DNA of 19,384 nt from Thermodesulfovibrionales bacterium (GTDB lineage Bacteria > Nitrospirota > Thermodesulfovibrionia > Thermodesulfovibrionales > UBA6898): positions 1 to 19,384 of the forward strand of contig JBIOIY010000057.1 of assembly GCA_044450345.1 (NCBI GenBank), in the 5' to 3' direction. Position 1 is the first letter of the stretch, and the number at the start of each line of letters is the position of its first letter. The notes under the pieces were generated by a model that searched no databases, had not been told where the DNA came from, and saw only the letters and a list, made by a program, of their open reading frames with translations. The position numbers were made by a program, and so were the translations under genes. Shown here in pieces: positions 17,886 through 19,384 of the stretch.

Positions 17886-19187
17886 ATGCAATTATCCAGA
17901 TATATTAAGACATATACGTATGAAGGTGATCCCGACTACCTGGTTCTTTATTCCACCAGGCGGGCATCGACGATCCTCCTGCCTAAGACCGCGCTTGAGC
18001 AAATAGAAAAGGGAGAACTGGAGCCTTCTGACCAGGAAGTTCTTTTTGATCTCGGGTTTTTGGTCCCTGACAGGGATGAAGAAAAAAAGGAGATGCTCGG
18101 TCTTATTGATGTCATTAACAAACGTGCGAGAAGATTCAATGCCATTGTGGTTATGAACCTCGACTGTAACCTGCGCTGCACCTATTGCTATGAAGGAAAC
18201 ATGAAGGGGGAGCGCTATATGTCCGCCGAGACCCTCGGGCTTCTGGCAGATTTTCTCGAAAAACATGCCCTTTCTCGGGGCAAAGACGTACATATCGATT
18301 TCTACGGCGGCGAGCCCCTCTTAAGCTTTGATGATATCAGGAGGGTCTCTGAGAGGCTGAAATCGTTATCTGCAGGTCGGGGGCTCACGTACTCCTTCAA
18401 TCTCGTGACAAACGGGACCCTGTTGACGCGGGCCAGAACAAAGGAGCTTGCAGCCCTGGGAATGAAGAGTGCAAGAATAACGCTCGATGGTCCAAAGGGT
18501 AACCATGATGCCTTCAGACCCTTCAAATCCGGGAGCGGGACCTTTGAAACGATCGTAAAGAACATCAGGGATGTGTATGATATCCTGAGCATCCAGATCG
18601 GCGGAAACTATACCCAGGAGAACTACACGAGGTTTCCAGAACTCCTTGATTATCTCATCGCAGAGGGTCTTTCGCCGGACAAGTTTCTCATCGTCAAATT
18701 TGATCCCGTCGTAAAGCCGGGGGGGAGGTTTGCACTTCCGGAATTCAGGGACGGCAGCGAATCGATCAATGAGCCCTGGATATTCAGGGCCACCCTTTTC
18801 CTTAGAGAGGAGATCCTTAAGCGGGGCTTCAAGACCCCTAAAATCCTCCCCTCCCCTTGTATGATAGGGCTGACGAATGATGTTGTGGTGAATTATGACG
18901 GGACGATCTACAAATGCCCCGGGTTTATCGGGTGGGAGGGGTTCGAGGCCGGTGATCTCAGGACAGGCATGGCGGATATTGAGGGGTCTCATGCCCTTGA
19001 TATCTGGAAGAACGAGCAGTGCCTCGACTGCGAATACCTGCCGCTCTGCTTTGGGGGATGCAGGTTTATGAAGGTCCTGAGAGACGGAAACATTCACGAG
19101 ATCGATTGCAAAAAGCCTTATCTGGATGCAACACTTGAGACCCTTGTCGGACAGGACATAAAATACATGCCGGAGACCGGCGATTGA
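17886..19187 (+). CDS. Radical SAM/SPASM peptide maturase (geopeptide maturase-like)
   Basis: CNLRCTYC (18165-18188), FYGGEP, VTNG, ITLDG; full SPASM motif C-x13-G-x4-C...C-x2-C-x5-C-x3-C-x15-C; ~85-aa N-terminal RRE-like extension. Start reassigned to ATG 17886 (MQLSRY), 433 aa. Confidence 0.93.
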   Translation: MQLSRYIKTYTYEGDPDYLVLYSTRRASTILLPKTALEQIEKGELEPSDQEVLFDLGFLVPDRDEEKKEMLGLIDVINKRARRFNAIVVMNLDCNLRCTYCYEGNMKGERYMSAETLGLLADFLEKHALSRGKDVHIDFYGGEPLLSFDDIRRVSERLKSLSAGRGLTYSFNLVTNGTLLTRARTKELAALGMKSARITLDGPKGNHDAFRPFKSGSGTFETIVKNIRDVYDILSIQIGGNYTQENYTRFPELLDYLIAEGLSPDKFLIVKFDPVVKPGGRFALPEFRDGSESINEPWIFRATLFLREEILKRGFKTPKILPSPCMIGLTNDVVVNYDGTIYKCPGFIGWEGFEAGDLRTGMADIEGSHALDIWKNEQCLDCEYLPLCFGGCRFMKVLRDGNIHEIDCKKPYLDATLETLVGQDIKYMPETGD

Positions 19188-19384
19188 TCACGACGAATGA
19201 AAGGAATCTCCGCATATTCACGAGTGTGAGCTCTATCTGGGCTGTTGTCATGGGATTCATCGGCCCTTTTTATGTGCTTCAGGTCGCGAAGCTCAGCGGC
19301 GGGGTGGAAAAACTCGGTTTGGCCTTCAGTATAATGGTGCTGCTCCAGGCGGCTACTACCTATATTGTCGGCGGCTACTCCGAT
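19184..19384 (+). CDS. MFS transporter, N-terminal part (runs off the window)
   Basis: TTG start overlapping the rSAM stop (TTGA); MITTNERNLRIFTSVSSIWAVVMGFIGPFYVLQVAKLSGGVEKLGLAFSIMVLLQAATTYIVGGYSD gives two TM helices and the start of MFS motif A (G..SD). Confidence 0.75.
   Translation, partial: MITTNERNLRIFTSVSSIWAVVMGFIGPFYVLQVAKLSGGVEKLGLAFSIMVLLQAATTYIVGGYSD

Noticed and set aside
363..19260. Numerous opposite-strand and alternate-frame ORFs in the track
   Set aside because: Shadows of well-supported genes in GC-rich coding sequence.
1..19384. CRISPR array, tRNA or rRNA genes
   Set aside because: No regularly spaced repeats or recognisable RNA gene structures were seen.

Overview
Bacterial chromosomal window whose gene content resembles Nitrospirota or Desulfobacterota (inference only). 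From left to right it holds the 3' end of an IS256-like transposase, a hypothetical lipoprotein, a divergent malic enzyme / fumC pair, and a four-gene ABC-2 efflux operon whose permease is frameshifted by an extra 8-bp tandem repeat. Next come Uup (ABC-F), a ~157-bp MITE-like inverted-repeat element, a short CvfB-like protein and two small ORFs. The highlight is 12.8-19.4 kb. A periplasmic binding protein and a hybrid histidine kinase are transcribed divergently from a TonB-dependent receptor (1-nt frameshift), a 32-aa Cys-Cys peptide missing from the ORF track (17728-17826), an internal terminator, a radical SAM/SPASM maturase and an MFS transporter. This looks like a geopeptide-type RiPP locus joined to a dedicated import-and-sense module, i.e. 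a candidate modified-peptide signalling circuit in a Gram-negative anaerobe.
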